Assembly (NCBI GenBank): GCA_963767925.1
Contig: CAVYGB010000008.1
Span: forward strand, 608,001-672,000
Length of the DNA stretch: 64,000 bases
Source: an uncultured delta proteobacterium
Lineage (GTDB): Bacteria; Myxococcota_A; Polyangia; Fen-1088
Reading direction: 5' to 3'
Shown here: positions 11,201 through 21,123 of the stretch, piece after piece
How positions within the stretch are numbered: the stretch's first letter is position 1
Layout of the letters: every line of letters starts with the position of its first letter
Made by a program: the position numbers and the translations under genes
Notes under the pieces: model-generated
The model's input: the letters and a program-made list of their open reading frames with translations, nothing else
Told to the model about the DNA's origin: nothing
Databases searched by the model: none

Positions 11201-11913
11201 CCGGCAAGCCGCTCGGCGGGGCGGTGCACCGGTTCGGGCGGGCCGACCTGCGCGAGCGCCTGACCGCCGTTCGCCACGAACCCATCCGGCTCGATCTGGC
11301 CAACCCGCTCGGCGGGCCAGCCGACCGCCTCTCGGTCGAGATCGTCGGGAACACCGGCCTGCTGGTCTCGGCCGAGGCCGAGCCCGCCTCGGTGATCCTC
11401 ACCAGCCGCAGCCGCCACGGCGACGACCGGACCCGGCGCCAGCGGGACCGGCTGCGCGCCTTCGTGGAGCACCTGGCCCTCTGCGCGGCGGGGGTCTCTG
11501 TCGGGGCCCACGGCGCGCTCGTCGTCCGGTCCCAGGGGGCGGATCACGAGAGTTTCCCCGCTCGCTTCCGCCCGCTGGCCCCCGCGGCGGCGCGGTCCTA
11601 CCTCGGCGACCTGGTCACCGATCTGCTGACCGGCGCCCGCGACGCCGAGGGCAACGCCACCGGCGTGCACCCGTACCTGCTGCCCTGCGAGGCGGTGTTC
11701 GTGGCCCGCGAGCGCAGCAAGGATCTGGTCGAGGAGATCGAGCGCCTGCGCGACAACTACCTCGAGAAGCCGGGGCTGCTCGGGTTCAGCTCGGTCTACG
11801 GCCCGGTCCCCGAGGCGGTCGAGCGGCACGATCCGCCGCCGGCTGCGCAGGCCCAGCGGTTCGCCGCCGCCCGGCTGGGCCTCTACTTCGACCTCCTCGA
11901 GGAGGCCTCCTGA
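8209..11913 (+). CDS. recC: Exodeoxyribonuclease V gamma subunit
   Basis: YSNRTEEL start, LNPCREFWED, LWGRPGRE, PMRAIPF, FLETLLSAR. Confidence 0.92.
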   Translation: MIHVTYSNRTEELLQALAGEVRQERARLGPWEPIELVVPNRNIETYLKLGLAEHLGIAANLEVSFLRGLLARLCERVVPGARLVDARQTEGHLLALFFDEAFLEQPALAPVREYLLGAGPRADVVDRRRCELAAQLARLFDEYAASRPELLRAWRERAVLADHPTLAGTEVWQRRLWLELFGPQGRLSRLRTGEQRAFLTLAELIGALEQGDFPPAALPPGAVHVFGVSYIARSFHAALAALARRTEVHIYTLNPCREFWEDVETAAEARRRLKRQGREGLLPARARAQQPTLALGDDPFDLQSDRENLPLRLWGRPGRENIRLLNQIAAGDFDGRFRGQAERGAPATLLARLQDDILDRALPTGPDPALVADGSLRVLPCPGVRRELEVVAAEIWALVQADPTLRFNDIALIVPEAVKPAYLAHLPAVFAEAHEIPHSIVDLPLGGGHRLGEAVELLLALPTGGFTRRELLPLLTHPALLGRFPEASAAEWLRLAEDLGIVHGADRSDHAGTYIRRDVLHWDQGLRRLALGALMASEAPADESPVTVGGQDHLPLPRASDELKGALGFALLARSLVEDARFAAGVTGPRLRPLPEWLELVRGLLTGYLVPDGPDEEALLARCLTEIDELADLPLGATPISYRVVADLLGRTLRGLGGSRGHYLAQGVTVTSFVPMRAIPFRATFVLGLGQGNFPAGERRSELDLRLARRQLGDVTTREQDLYMFLETLLSARDRLVLSYVARDELTGAPRAPSPVIQELLEILGVGYLRPEELARLAGAADRPALRRYDDLPRLDVLPLAARERRAKALGRSLRQALPPGSAMPDLPALQRALPEGALSPLEALLGVHRPPPRAAGAGARSRGGRLGPGDARLAVPLSALRQFLEDPLQGSARFRLRLREVEGDDELAEREDEAFETERPMRTLLLREAVARALIGGPGAGPADAPLWDRAVAAFEALARREELRGRAPTGFYAEAERPALLAVLRGWLEELVIWAAGKPLGGAVHRFGRADLRERLTAVRHEPIRLDLANPLGGPADRLSVEIVGNTGLLVSAEAEPASVILTSRSRHGDDRTRRQRDRLRAFVEHLALCAAGVSVGAHGALVVRSQGADHESFPARFRPLAPAAARSYLGDLVTDLLTGARDAEGNATGVHPYLLPCEAVFVARERSKDLVEEIERLRDNYLEKPGLLGFSSVYGPVPEAVERHDPPPAAQAQRFAAARLGLYFDLLEEAS

Positions 11914-11915
11914 GC

Positions 11916-14900
11916 ATGACCCCCGCCGCCCCCGTCCGCTACCGCTTCCCCGCCGAGCTGCGCGAGCTGGGCCGCCGCCACGCCGTCGTCGAGGCCTCGG
12001 CTGGCACCGGCAAGACCTACATCCTCGAGCACCTGGTGGTGGACCTGCTCCTGCGGCAGGACGTCCCCCTCGAGCAGATCCTCGTCGTCACCTTCACCGA
12101 GAAGGCCACCGCCGAGCTGTCCGAGCGGGTCCGCCGCAAGCTGCAGGAGCTGCGCGATCTGACCGCCGATCACCCGGCGAGCGCCGGCGCCGCCGACGCG
12201 GACTGCTGGCTGATCGACGAGCGGGCCCGGCGCAAGCTGGACACCGCCCTGCACGGCTTCGACCGGGCCAGCATCTCGACCATCCACGCCTTCTGCCAGC
12301 GCCTGCTCGGCGAGCACGCCTTCTTCAACCGCCGCCTGTTCGGCGAGGAGGTGATCGACGAGGAGGACGCCTTCAAGGTCGCCTTCGCCGAGTCGCTCCG
12401 CCGCGACGTCGTCGCCGATCCCGGGCTGGCCCGGCTGCTCGAGATCTGGATCGGCGTCGGCATGGGCTTCGATCGGTTACAGCGGGCCGTGCTGCGCGCC
12501 CTGCGCGGGCTGGCCTGCCTGCACCCGCCCCGGCCCGGGGCGCTGCGGCCGGCGGCCCTCGACGAGGCCGCGGTGATCGGCGCGGCCCGGGCCCTGGTGG
12601 ACGTGGATCCGGCCCGCCTGAAGGAGGCGCTCGCCCGCCGCAAGGTCCACCCCTCCACGGTCAAGTCGGTGGTGAGCAAGCTGTCCGAGCTGCGCGAGGC
12701 GGCCGCCGCCTGCCGCGAGCCGGGGGAGGTGCCGCTGCTCCTCGCCACCATCGACGCCATCGACCGCAACCGCGACGGCGCCCTGGAGACCATCCGCGGC
12801 CACCTGGAGAAGAACGCCGCCGACCCGGAGGTGGCCCGCATCGGCGGGATCTTCGCCGACTTTCACCAGCAGGCCGTCCCCCTGATGGGCGCCGTGGTGG
12901 GGCGCCTGCTGCCGCTTGTCGCCGCCCGGCTGGAGGGGCACAAGCGCGAGGCGGGCCTGTTCGACTTCCAGGACATGTTGACCCTCACGGCGCGGAGCCT
13001 GGACGGTGACGGCGACGGCGAGGGGGCCCGCGCCCTGCTGGCCACCCTGCGCGCCCGCTACCGCCACGCCCTCATCGACGAGTTCCAGGACACCGACGAG
13101 GTCCAGTGGTCGATCTTCCGGCGGATCTTCTTCGACAGCCCCCAGGGGCACGTGTTGACCGTCATCGGGGACCCCAAGCAGGCCATCTATTCTTTCCGGG
13201 GCGCCGACGTGCACACCTACCTCGGCGCCCGCCGGGCCATCGAGGGCGCGGGTGGCCCCATCTTGCACCTGCGCGACAACTTCCGCTCGAGCGCGCCGCT
13301 CATCGACGCCTACAACGCCATCCTCGACCAGGCGGCCCCCTTCTTCCGCCCCGAGGGAGGCATCCTCTACGACCACCCGGTGCGCTGCGGGCGCCCCGAG
13401 GCCAGCGCCGGCGGCGAGCCGGCGGTCGTCGTGCTCGACCTCGAGACCCAGGCCAAGGACCTGCTCACCTGGCAGATCAAGCGGTCGCTGCTGGCCCGCA
13501 TGGCCAACGAGATGGGCCGCCTGGTCCGGACCGGGGAGGGCGGCGGGCCGATCCGAGCCGGCGACATCTTCGTCCTCGCCCGCACCATCCGCGAGTGCCG
13601 GGAGGTCGGCGACGCCCTGCGGGCGGTCGGCGTGCCCCACGCCTTTTACAAGCAGGAGAAGCTGTTCGACACCATCGAGGCGCGCGAGGTGCTCGACCTC
13701 CTGCGCGCCATCGCCGACCCCGACGACGTCACCGCCCGGGGCCGGGCCTTCATCACCCCCTTCTTCGGCCTGTCCCTCACCGACCTGGCGGCCTGCGACG
13801 ACCTCGACGGCTCGCACGCCTTGTTGCGCCTGCTCTACGAGTGGCGGGCCCTCGCCGAGGCCGGCGACTTCGAGACCCTGTTCGCCCGCGTCGTCGACGA
13901 CAGCGGCATCGTGTGCCGGGAGGTGTTCTGGAACCCCAGCGAACGGTCGCTCACCAACTACCTGCACCTGCTCGAGCTGCTCCAGGAGGAGGCCGCCCGC
14001 ACCCGGGCGACGATCCGCGAGCTGGCCCAGACTCTGGGCGCTTACATCCGGGGCACCCGCCGCCCCCCCGGCGACGCCCGCGATCTGCAGCGGCTCGAGA
14101 CCGACGCCGACGCCGTCCAGATCATGACCATCCACCACGCCAAGGGCCTGGAGGCCGACTGGGTCTTCCTCTATGGCGGCTTCTGGCCGGGTCCCGCCTC
14201 CGACGTGCGCACCCTGCACGAGGAGGACGACCGCAGGGTGGTGCGGGTCGGCCGGCAGCCGGCGGCCGAGCGAGAGCGCTACGAGGCCGAGCAGGCCGAC
14301 GAGGAGCGGCGGGTGCTCTACGTGGCGCTCACCCGCGCCCGGCGGCGCCTCTACCTGCCTCGCTTCCCGGCGGCCTTCCGCCAGCTCCGCGGCTGCTACC
14401 GGTTCATCAACGAGCGCCTCGACGATCTCTTCGGCGGCTTCACCCCACCCGAGGTGCAGGCCCTCTTCCGGCGGGTGCCGGTGCGCTGCCCCGAGGAGGC
14501 GCTGGCCCCCCTGGCGCCGGCGCCGCCCTCCCTGGTGGCGGCCTGGAGCCCACCCGCCGAGCTGCTGGCGCCGGTCGCGAATCCTGCCCCCTTCACCCTC
14601 GACGCTCTGGCCAGGCAGCGGGCCGGCTTCCTCGTGACGTCGTACACGGCGGTCAAGCGCCTGCACCCCGGCGTGCCGGCCCACGAGGTCAGCGACCCCA
14701 GCGCCGACGAGACGGCGGGTGACGAGGCGGGAGGGGTCGAGCTGCCCGACAACGAGCTGCCCCGCGGCCGCGTCACCGGCCGCTTCGTGCACGAGGTGCT
14801 CGAGGAGCTCCCGCTCGAGCCGCTGGCCGGCCCGACGCCCCCGCCGGTCGGCGAGTGGGCCAGCCGGCCCGAGGTCGCCGCCCTCTTCGAGCGCAAGCGC

Positions 14901-15494
14901 AGCCGCCACGACGTCCACCCGGACCACCTGGCCCACGCCCACGAGCTGGTCCACGCGGCGCTCACCGCGCCGGTGGCCCTCGGGGAGGTGGTGGTCCCGG
15001 GGCTGGCCGGCGTCGCGCGCGCCCTGCGCGAGGTGGAGTTCTTCTACCCGATCCCGGAGCGGGCCCACCGGCTGCTCGAGGGGGCCCCGAGCGCGGCGGG
15101 CACGGCGACCGACGGGCGCGGGTTCCGGATCGAGCGCGGCGTGGTGAAGGGCTACATCGACCTGCTGTTCGAGCACGCGGGCCGGACCTACGTGTGCGAC
15201 TGGAAGGGCGACTGGTTGCCCGACTGGGAGGCCGGGCGCCTGCAGGCCCACTGCGCCGGCAGCTACGGCATCCAGGTCGAGCTTTACACCCTGGCCACCC
15301 TGCGCATGATCGACGTGAACGACGAGGCGGCCTACCAGCAGCGCTTCGGGGGTGTCCTCTTCTGTTTCGTCCGGGGCATGCCCGGGCGGGCCGAGGGCGC
15401 CGCCCGCGGCGTCCACTTCCAGCGTCCCTCCTGGCAAGACGTCCTGGCCTGGCAGCGCAAGCTGCTCGGCGGCAGCTACTGGGGGCTCTCGTGA
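11916..15494 (+). CDS. recB: Exodeoxyribonuclease V beta subunit (helicase-nuclease)
   Basis: EASAGTGKT, VTFTEKAT, DEFQDTD, GDPKQAIYSFRGAD, YVALTRA, nuclease GYIDLLF...DWK. Confidence 0.94.
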   Translation: MTPAAPVRYRFPAELRELGRRHAVVEASAGTGKTYILEHLVVDLLLRQDVPLEQILVVTFTEKATAELSERVRRKLQELRDLTADHPASAGAADADCWLIDERARRKLDTALHGFDRASISTIHAFCQRLLGEHAFFNRRLFGEEVIDEEDAFKVAFAESLRRDVVADPGLARLLEIWIGVGMGFDRLQRAVLRALRGLACLHPPRPGALRPAALDEAAVIGAARALVDVDPARLKEALARRKVHPSTVKSVVSKLSELREAAAACREPGEVPLLLATIDAIDRNRDGALETIRGHLEKNAADPEVARIGGIFADFHQQAVPLMGAVVGRLLPLVAARLEGHKREAGLFDFQDMLTLTARSLDGDGDGEGARALLATLRARYRHALIDEFQDTDEVQWSIFRRIFFDSPQGHVLTVIGDPKQAIYSFRGADVHTYLGARRAIEGAGGPILHLRDNFRSSAPLIDAYNAILDQAAPFFRPEGGILYDHPVRCGRPEASAGGEPAVVVLDLETQAKDLLTWQIKRSLLARMANEMGRLVRTGEGGGPIRAGDIFVLARTIRECREVGDALRAVGVPHAFYKQEKLFDTIEAREVLDLLRAIADPDDVTARGRAFITPFFGLSLTDLAACDDLDGSHALLRLLYEWRALAEAGDFETLFARVVDDSGIVCREVFWNPSERSLTNYLHLLELLQEEAARTRATIRELAQTLGAYIRGTRRPPGDARDLQRLETDADAVQIMTIHHAKGLEADWVFLYGGFWPGPASDVRTLHEEDDRRVVRVGRQPAAERERYEAEQADEERRVLYVALTRARRRLYLPRFPAAFRQLRGCYRFINERLDDLFGGFTPPEVQALFRRVPVRCPEEALAPLAPAPPSLVAAWSPPAELLAPVANPAPFTLDALARQRAGFLVTSYTAVKRLHPGVPAHEVSDPSADETAGDEAGGVELPDNELPRGRVTGRFVHEVLEELPLEPLAGPTPPPVGEWASRPEVAALFERKRSRHDVHPDHLAHAHELVHAALTAPVALGEVVVPGLAGVARALREVEFFYPIPERAHRLLEGAPSAAGTATDGRGFRIERGVVKGYIDLLFEHAGRTYVCDWKGDWLPDWEAGRLQAHCAGSYGIQVELYTLATLRMIDVNDEAAYQQRFGGVLFCFVRGMPGRAEGAARGVHFQRPSWQDVLAWQRKLLGGSYWGLS

Positions 15495-17368
15495 GCGCCA
15501 GCCGGCGACCGGGGCATCCGCTCTCTCCCCTCGGGACCGCGCGCGCCCGGCTCGAGCCGGCCGCCCCCTTGCCGCCGGCCGCGGCGGCCCTGCTCGAGGA
15601 CGCCGACCTGGGACCGGAGGAGGCGTTTCTCGTGTGGCAGCTCGGCGTGATGGCCGAGGGGCTGAGCGCCGAGGAGCGCGGCACGCTGGCCGGCCTGCTC
15701 GCCGCCTCGCTGGTGGCCATCTCCCAGGGCAGCACCCGCCTCGCCGTCGGGGCCCGGGCCCGGGCGCTGCTCGGGCGGCTGACCGATCTTGTCGGTCCCC
15801 CCGGCCGCCGCGTGCCCCTCGTCCTCGACGGGGGCCACCTCTACCAGCACAAGCACTTCGTGGCCGAGCAGGGGATCGCCGCCCAGGTGCGGGCCCGGCT
15901 GGCCGCCCCGCCCGCCTGGTCGGAGGAGGCGCGCGCGGCCGCCCTCACCGCCGCCGTCGAGTCGGCGCGCCCCCGCCCGAGCGCGGAGCAGCAGGCCGCC
16001 CTGCTGGCCGCGCTCGGCCGCCGGCTGGCGGTGATCAGCGGCGCACCCGGCTCGGGCAAGACAACCATCGCCGTCACCCTGCTGCGCGCCCTGGTCCGCC
16101 TCGGCGTCGCGCCCGACGCCGTCGCCTTCACCGCGCCGACCGGCAAGGCCGCCAACCGCCTGGAGGCCGCCCTCGCCGCCGGCCTCGCCGCGGTGGGGGA
16201 GGGCACCCCCCCGGCCGAAGATCGGGCCCTCCTCGCCGCCCCGCCCACCGCCGCCACCTTGCACCGCCTGCTCGGCTACTCGCCGTCGGCGCGCGCCTTC
16301 GCCTACCACGAGCACAGCCCGCTGCCCCACCGGGTGGTTGTCGTCGACGAGAGCTCCATGGTCGACCTGCAGCTCATGGACCGGCTGCTGCGGGCGCTGT
16401 CCCCGGAGGCCGCGCTGGTGCTGCTCGGCGACGCCGATCAGCTCCCCTCGGTCGAGGCGGGCGCCGTGTTTCGCGACCTCGCCGCCGCCGGCACCCGCCT
16501 CACGAGGAGCCACCGCCAGGACCCGGCCGGCGCCTCCGGCCGCCGCATCCTGGCCCTCGCCGCCGCCGTCCGGGCCGGCGAGCCCGTCGCCCCGGAGGCG
16601 CGGCCGGCCGACGTCGCCGCTGCCGCCTCGGAAGGCCCGCTGCTGGACGCCCGCGCCAGCGCGGTGGAGATCCGCTTCGACGGCGCCGAGCTGGTGGCTC
16701 CCGCCGAGCGCGAGCCCCTGCTCGAGCGCTGGTACGAGGACCGGGTCGCGGCCTCGCCGGCCCTGGAGGCCGTGCGTGCCGCCGTGTTTCCCCTCGCCGC
16801 CGCCGGCTTCCCCGAGGCGGTCCAGGCCGAGCTGGACGCCCTCCACGCCCACTACCAGCGCTTCCGCCTGCTGGCCGTCACCCGCGGTCGCCCGACCGGC
16901 GCCGTGGCGCTCAACGCCTGGATGCACCGGCGCGCCGGCGCCAGCGGCCCGGTCCCCATCCCGGGCGAGCCCATCCTGATGTTGCGCAACGACTACGACC
17001 GCGGCCTGTGGAACGGCGACCAGGGCCTCTGCGTCCGGGTCCGCGAGGAGGGCCGCCCCCCCCGCACCGCCGCCGCCTTCAAGATCGGCGACCGCTGGAG
17101 CGCCTGGCACCTCGAGAGCCTGCGCGACAGCCTGACCCTGGCCTACGCCCTCACCGTCCACAAGGCCCAGGGCTCCGAGCACGACGACATCGCCCTCGTC
17201 CTCCCCGACGCTCCCCTGCCGATGACCTCCCGCGAGCTCCTCTACACCGCCCTCACCCGCAGCCGCCGCGCCGTCCTCCTCTGCGCGACGCCGGCCGTCC
17301 TCGAGTCGGCCATCCGCAACACGACCGCCCGCTCCTCCGGCCTCCCCGAAAAGCTGTCGTCGCCCTGA
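15491..17368 (+). CDS. recD: Exodeoxyribonuclease V alpha subunit
   Basis: GAPGSGKTT, APTGKAA, VDESSMVD, GDADQLPSV, TVHKAQGSE; GTG start overlaps recB stop. Confidence 0.93.
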   Translation: MSASRRPGHPLSPLGTARARLEPAAPLPPAAAALLEDADLGPEEAFLVWQLGVMAEGLSAEERGTLAGLLAASLVAISQGSTRLAVGARARALLGRLTDLVGPPGRRVPLVLDGGHLYQHKHFVAEQGIAAQVRARLAAPPAWSEEARAAALTAAVESARPRPSAEQQAALLAALGRRLAVISGAPGSGKTTIAVTLLRALVRLGVAPDAVAFTAPTGKAANRLEAALAAGLAAVGEGTPPAEDRALLAAPPTAATLHRLLGYSPSARAFAYHEHSPLPHRVVVVDESSMVDLQLMDRLLRALSPEAALVLLGDADQLPSVEAGAVFRDLAAAGTRLTRSHRQDPAGASGRRILALAAAVRAGEPVAPEARPADVAAAASEGPLLDARASAVEIRFDGAELVAPAEREPLLERWYEDRVAASPALEAVRAAVFPLAAAGFPEAVQAELDALHAHYQRFRLLAVTRGRPTGAVALNAWMHRRAGASGPVPIPGEPILMLRNDYDRGLWNGDQGLCVRVREEGRPPRTAAAFKIGDRWSAWHLESLRDSLTLAYALTVHKAQGSEHDDIALVLPDAPLPMTSRELLYTALTRSRRAVLLCATPAVLESAIRNTTARSSGLPEKLSSP

Positions 17369-17553
17369 GCGCGCTCCAATCCCTGGAGGAAGGCGCCCCC
17401 CTCGGTCGCGTTCTGGAGCAGGCCCCGGGCGGGTGGACGGCGGGTGGACCGACCCTTGCGCGCGTGGCTCCACCTCGAATGTGGTTGGGTGTAGACAGCT
17501 TCGGGTCTGCGCGTTAGGGTGGGCGCAGCAACATTTTCGGGAGCATCGACGCC

Positions 17554-19434
17554 ATGAGAACACCCAGCGCCTCCCTCCTCGGCCTCACCGCCCTGCTCGT
17601 GGCCTCCTGCCAGCAACCCAACAAGTTCCAGCCGCTGCAGGAGCCGCCAGCCGACGGTCCCGTCTCGCCGAGAGGAGAGGGTGGGGCTGCCGCTGGCGCG
17701 CCGGCCGGCGGTGGCGGCGGCGCCGGCGGTGCCGGCGGGGAGGGGGTGCTCCCAGCCTGGACGCCGACCGCCCCGTCGACGCCGATCAGCCGGCCGGGGG
17801 CTGTGGCGCCCCCTCGCGCACCTGTCTCGGCGACATCCTGCAGGTCTGCGCCCCCGGCGGCGATCTGACGAGCACGATGTGCGCCCAGGGGTGCGACTCG
17901 GTCCGGCTCGCGTGCAACACGTGCAAGCCGAACAGCCGCACCTGCAGCGGGGCGAGCCAGGTGGCGTGCAACGCGGAGGGTTCGGAGACGACGACGACGG
18001 CGTGCGCGTCGGGGTGCAACGCCGGGACCGGGGAGTGCAACGGGTGCGAGCCGTCGGCGGTCTGGTGCAACGGCGAGGTGCTGCGCGAGTGCACCGCCGG
18101 AGGCGAGCAGCGCGACCGGCAGACCTGCGCCGAGGGGTGCAACGCGACCCGGATGGCCTGCAACACCTGCCGCCCGGGGGCCCGGACCTGCAACGGCAAC
18201 GTGCTCGAGACGTGCAAGCTCGACGGCACCGGGACGACGACCGAGACCTGCGCCGCCGGCTGCAACGCCGCCCGGATGGCCTGCAACGCCTGTGAGCCCG
18301 GGGCCAAGACCTGCGCCGGCGGGACGCTGCGCACGTGCAAGGCCGACGGCAGCGGCACCAGCGACGAGCCCTGCCCGAACGGCTGCAGCAACAACCGCTG
18401 CAACGCCTGCAACCCCGGCCAGCCCGCGAGCTGCGACGGCTCGACCCTGAAACAATGCATGTCCGACGGCAGCGGCGAGCGAAGCACCGCCTGCCCGCGC
18501 GGCTGCGCCGGCACCGCCTGCTGCACGGGGAACACCGAAGCCACCGGCGGCGCCTGCGCCACCTGCGGCACCGAAGGCCAGCCCTGCTGCCGCCTGGCCC
18601 AGCCCGGCTGCACCGGCACCCTCACCTGCCAACCCAACGGCCGCTGCGCCATCCCCTGCGGCAACGCCCCCGGCCAGCGCTGCTGCGAGGGGAGCACGAT
18701 GACCTGCCGGAACAACTGCGGCAGGGAAGGCGAGCGCCGCTGCTCGGGCGGGGCCTTCGGGGCCTGCTCGCAGGGCAACTTCGAATGTTGCCCGCCGATG
18801 GAACGCTGCACGGGCCAGAACAACACCACCCACCAGACGTGCAACAGCTCGGGCCAGTGGGTCAGCGACGGCAGCACCGAGTGCAAGAAGCCCGCCGGCC
18901 AGGGCCCCTGCAGCTCCGGAAACGACTGCACCACCGGCCGCTGCAACACCGGCGCCCGCCTCTGCTGCGCCGCCAACGGCTGCTGCGGCGACGCCGACTG
19001 CGACGGAGGCCAGCGCTGCACCAACAGCCAATGCCGCTGCCCCAGCGGCCAGGAGCTCATCGACGGACGCTGCCAGGCCTGCGGCGGCGACGGGCCAGTC
19101 CTGTTGCCCGGGCGTTCGAGTCTTTCAGGCATGCCGATCATCGATTTGGTCTGCGCGAGCAACGGCGTCTCGAGCGCGGCGGAGAGCCCGCCAATCTCTG
19201 CTGCGCCAATCATCGATGTCCTCAATCGGGTCATTTCTGCCTGGTGAGCTGCGACGACAGACACCTGCTACCACTGCGGCAGACTCTCCGATCGTCCGGA
19301 GTGCGCCGGACGAGAGGACCAAGCGAGGAGCCGAGGCAGATTCCGTCGCGGGATGCCTCTTCTGCGCTCGAAACTGTCGTTCGGCGACAAGCGACGGGCT
19401 GTTTGAGGACGATTCGCGGTGCCAGCCGAAATAG
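17554..19434 (+). CDS. Cys-rich repeat lipoprotein (frameshifted in this assembly)
   Basis: Lipobox LVASC from ATG 17554; frame change near the G-run at about 17740 into CNxCxPxxxTCxG repeats; more shifts after about 19090; Cys-rich fragments continue to TAG at 19434. Confidence 0.65.
17806..18540 (+). repeat. About 6 tandem Cys-rich coding repeats of about 40 aa
   Basis: Recurring CNTCxPGARTCxGxxLxTCxADGxG...TCAxGCNAxRxA; boundaries approximate. Confidence 0.75.
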
Positions 19435-19494
19435 AGAAGGCGGAGCGGCTTGCCCACCCCGCCTTATCGAGGGTCGCGCCTCGTGCTACGCTCT

Positions 19495-20395
19495 CTAGGG
19501 GCCGCAGCGCCAGGGCGCCCGTACACATACCGACGCGTTGTGCTGCCGTAGGCGACCGGGAACCGGCTGCAGTCGCCGCGATGCGGTTGGCGTTGGCGAG
19601 GACCGCGTTCGGATGGTCGTCGTTACTCACGCCGCGCGGGCAGCGTTCGCGGCCTTCATCGCGTGGACAATGAAGTTGTACTGGTGCAGGGCGCCGCCGG
19701 CACCGGGGCCGAAGTATCCGTACGGGTTTCCACCGCTGAAGCGGGTGTGCTTCGCGCCCGGTACCTCGGGAGCATTGGGAGTCGCCGGCAGCATGAGCTC
19801 CGCGGGCAGCTTCGTCACCGTGGCCGGGATGTCGTACATCGAGCCAGTGGGTGCTGTTGTTGCACTGGTCCACCATGCTGAGCGCGTAGCTAGCGTTGCC
19901 TCCGGGTGGGGCAGCCCAGGAGAAGCGCGGGCGAGCGTTGCCCGTGCCGATCGGTCTGGCCGTGGTGCGGATCTGACCACGTCGTGGCACATCCGCATGT
20001 CCTCATCTCGGACGAAGTCGCTCGAGCGCGAACGCGCCACCGGCCACGCCGGAGTCGGCGGTGGTGCCGGCGTCGGCGGGGCGGCCGTCGGGGCCGCGGG
20101 CGTCGGGGCGACGGGAGTCGGGGCCGCGGCCGTCGGGGCCGCGGGCGTCGGGGGTGCGTCCGCCGGTGCCGCCAGCGCCGCCGCTGCCGGCGGAGCCGCC
20201 GGTACCGGCCGAGCCACCCGTGCCGGCCGAGCCGCCGGTGCCACCGGTGGAGCCGCCGCGGCCGCCAGAGCCGGCCGAGCCGCCGGTGCCACCCGTGCCG
20301 CCCGGCTCGTCTTCACCGCCGCAATTGGATAGAGACAGTCCGCCCGCGCCGAGCGCGAGCGCGAGAAACGTCGTGAGGGAGTAGGTCCTTCGCAT
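19495..20395 (-). CDS. YbhB/YbcL (PEBP) family lipoprotein with Gly/Thr/Ser and PDARG repeats (multiply frameshifted)
   Basis: GGAGGT RBS, lipobox LSNC; fragments PRFSWAAPPGG..SYALSMVD..THW, YDIPATVTKLP, YFGPGAGG..HQYNFIVHAM lie in different frames; 3' end approximate. Confidence 0.6.
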
Positions 20396-20641
20396 CTTGA
20401 ATACCTCCGGGGAGTTGGCCCGGAAGCCTGTTCCGGACGCTTGGCTTGGCCCACTTCTGGCCTAGCTGTGAGGCCGGACCATACATCGGATATCCCGGGG
20501 AACGAACCGTTCTCAGCTATGGCTAGCCAAGGTAGACGCATGAGGCTGGATGCTCCCGATGGCCCGATGGGTCGGGAGCCAGGGCTGCTCCCGATTCGTG
20601 CGATCCGGATGTCCTGGACGCCACGGAGGGGCGCGCGCAGG

Positions 20642-20784
20642 CGAGCTCCGGAGCTCGAAAAAGCCGACGCCCGCTGCCCTCGCGGGGTGAGCCGGGCGGG
20701 GCTCGTCGCGAAGGAGCGGGCGTCGGAAGCGAGGCAATCTCTCGGTCTCTGACCCGGGGGACGCGGGACCCGCGAGGGTCCCGC
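20642..20784 (-). terminator. Cluster of inverted repeats including a probable intrinsic terminator for the 21123 gene
   Basis: GCGGGACCC-GCGA-GGGTCCCGC (20763-20784); CCGACGCCCGCT/AGCGGGCGTCGG (20664-20726) followed by a T-run on the minus strand; 16-bp palindrome 20642-20657. Confidence 0.5.
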
Positions 20785-20787
20785 CCG

Positions 20788-21123
20788 TCAATGCGCCAGC
20801 GGGAAGGCGTCCTGGGTGCGCGAGCGGGGCAGGGTCACGGTCACCACCATGGTCGGGCCCCGCAGGTGCATCATCGGACGGGGGGCGGGATCGTTGGTCT
20901 CGTCGGCCCACACGTCGGAGGAGGTGAGGGCGAGGTCGGCCTCGCCGGCTTCGTCCACGGCCAGGGCAGCGAGCTCGAGCGAAGGCTGCATGTCGACGTG
21001 CGCGATCGACTTGCTCGGCGTCGCCGAGACGCTGACCCAGACCACGACGACAGAGACAGCGGTCACCACGGGCAGAATCCGGATCCAGGTCGACCCGGCC
21101 ACGATTCGCGTGCTGCTTTTCAT
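20788..21123 (-). CDS. Small hypothetical membrane-anchored protein
   Basis: MKSSTRIVAG..., hydrophobic VVTAVSVVVVWVSV, G-rich RBS. Confidence 0.5.
   Translation of the reverse strand: MKSSTRIVAGSTWIRILPVVTAVSVVVVWVSVSATPSKSIAHVDMQPSLELAALAVDEAGEADLALTSSDVWADETNDPAPRPMMHLRGPTMVVTVTLPRSRTQDAFPLAH

Noticed and set aside
8644..15437. Very long antisense and alternate-frame ORFs (e.g. 8644-11829, 12477-15437, 58628-61408, 3565-6699)
   Set aside because: They are shadow ORFs of high-GC coding genes with low-complexity Arg/Gly/Ala/Pro translations. Only the short real portions were kept.
8209..17368. recCBD as a novel defence helicase-nuclease system
   Set aside because: Canonical order, sizes and motifs of housekeeping RecBCD.
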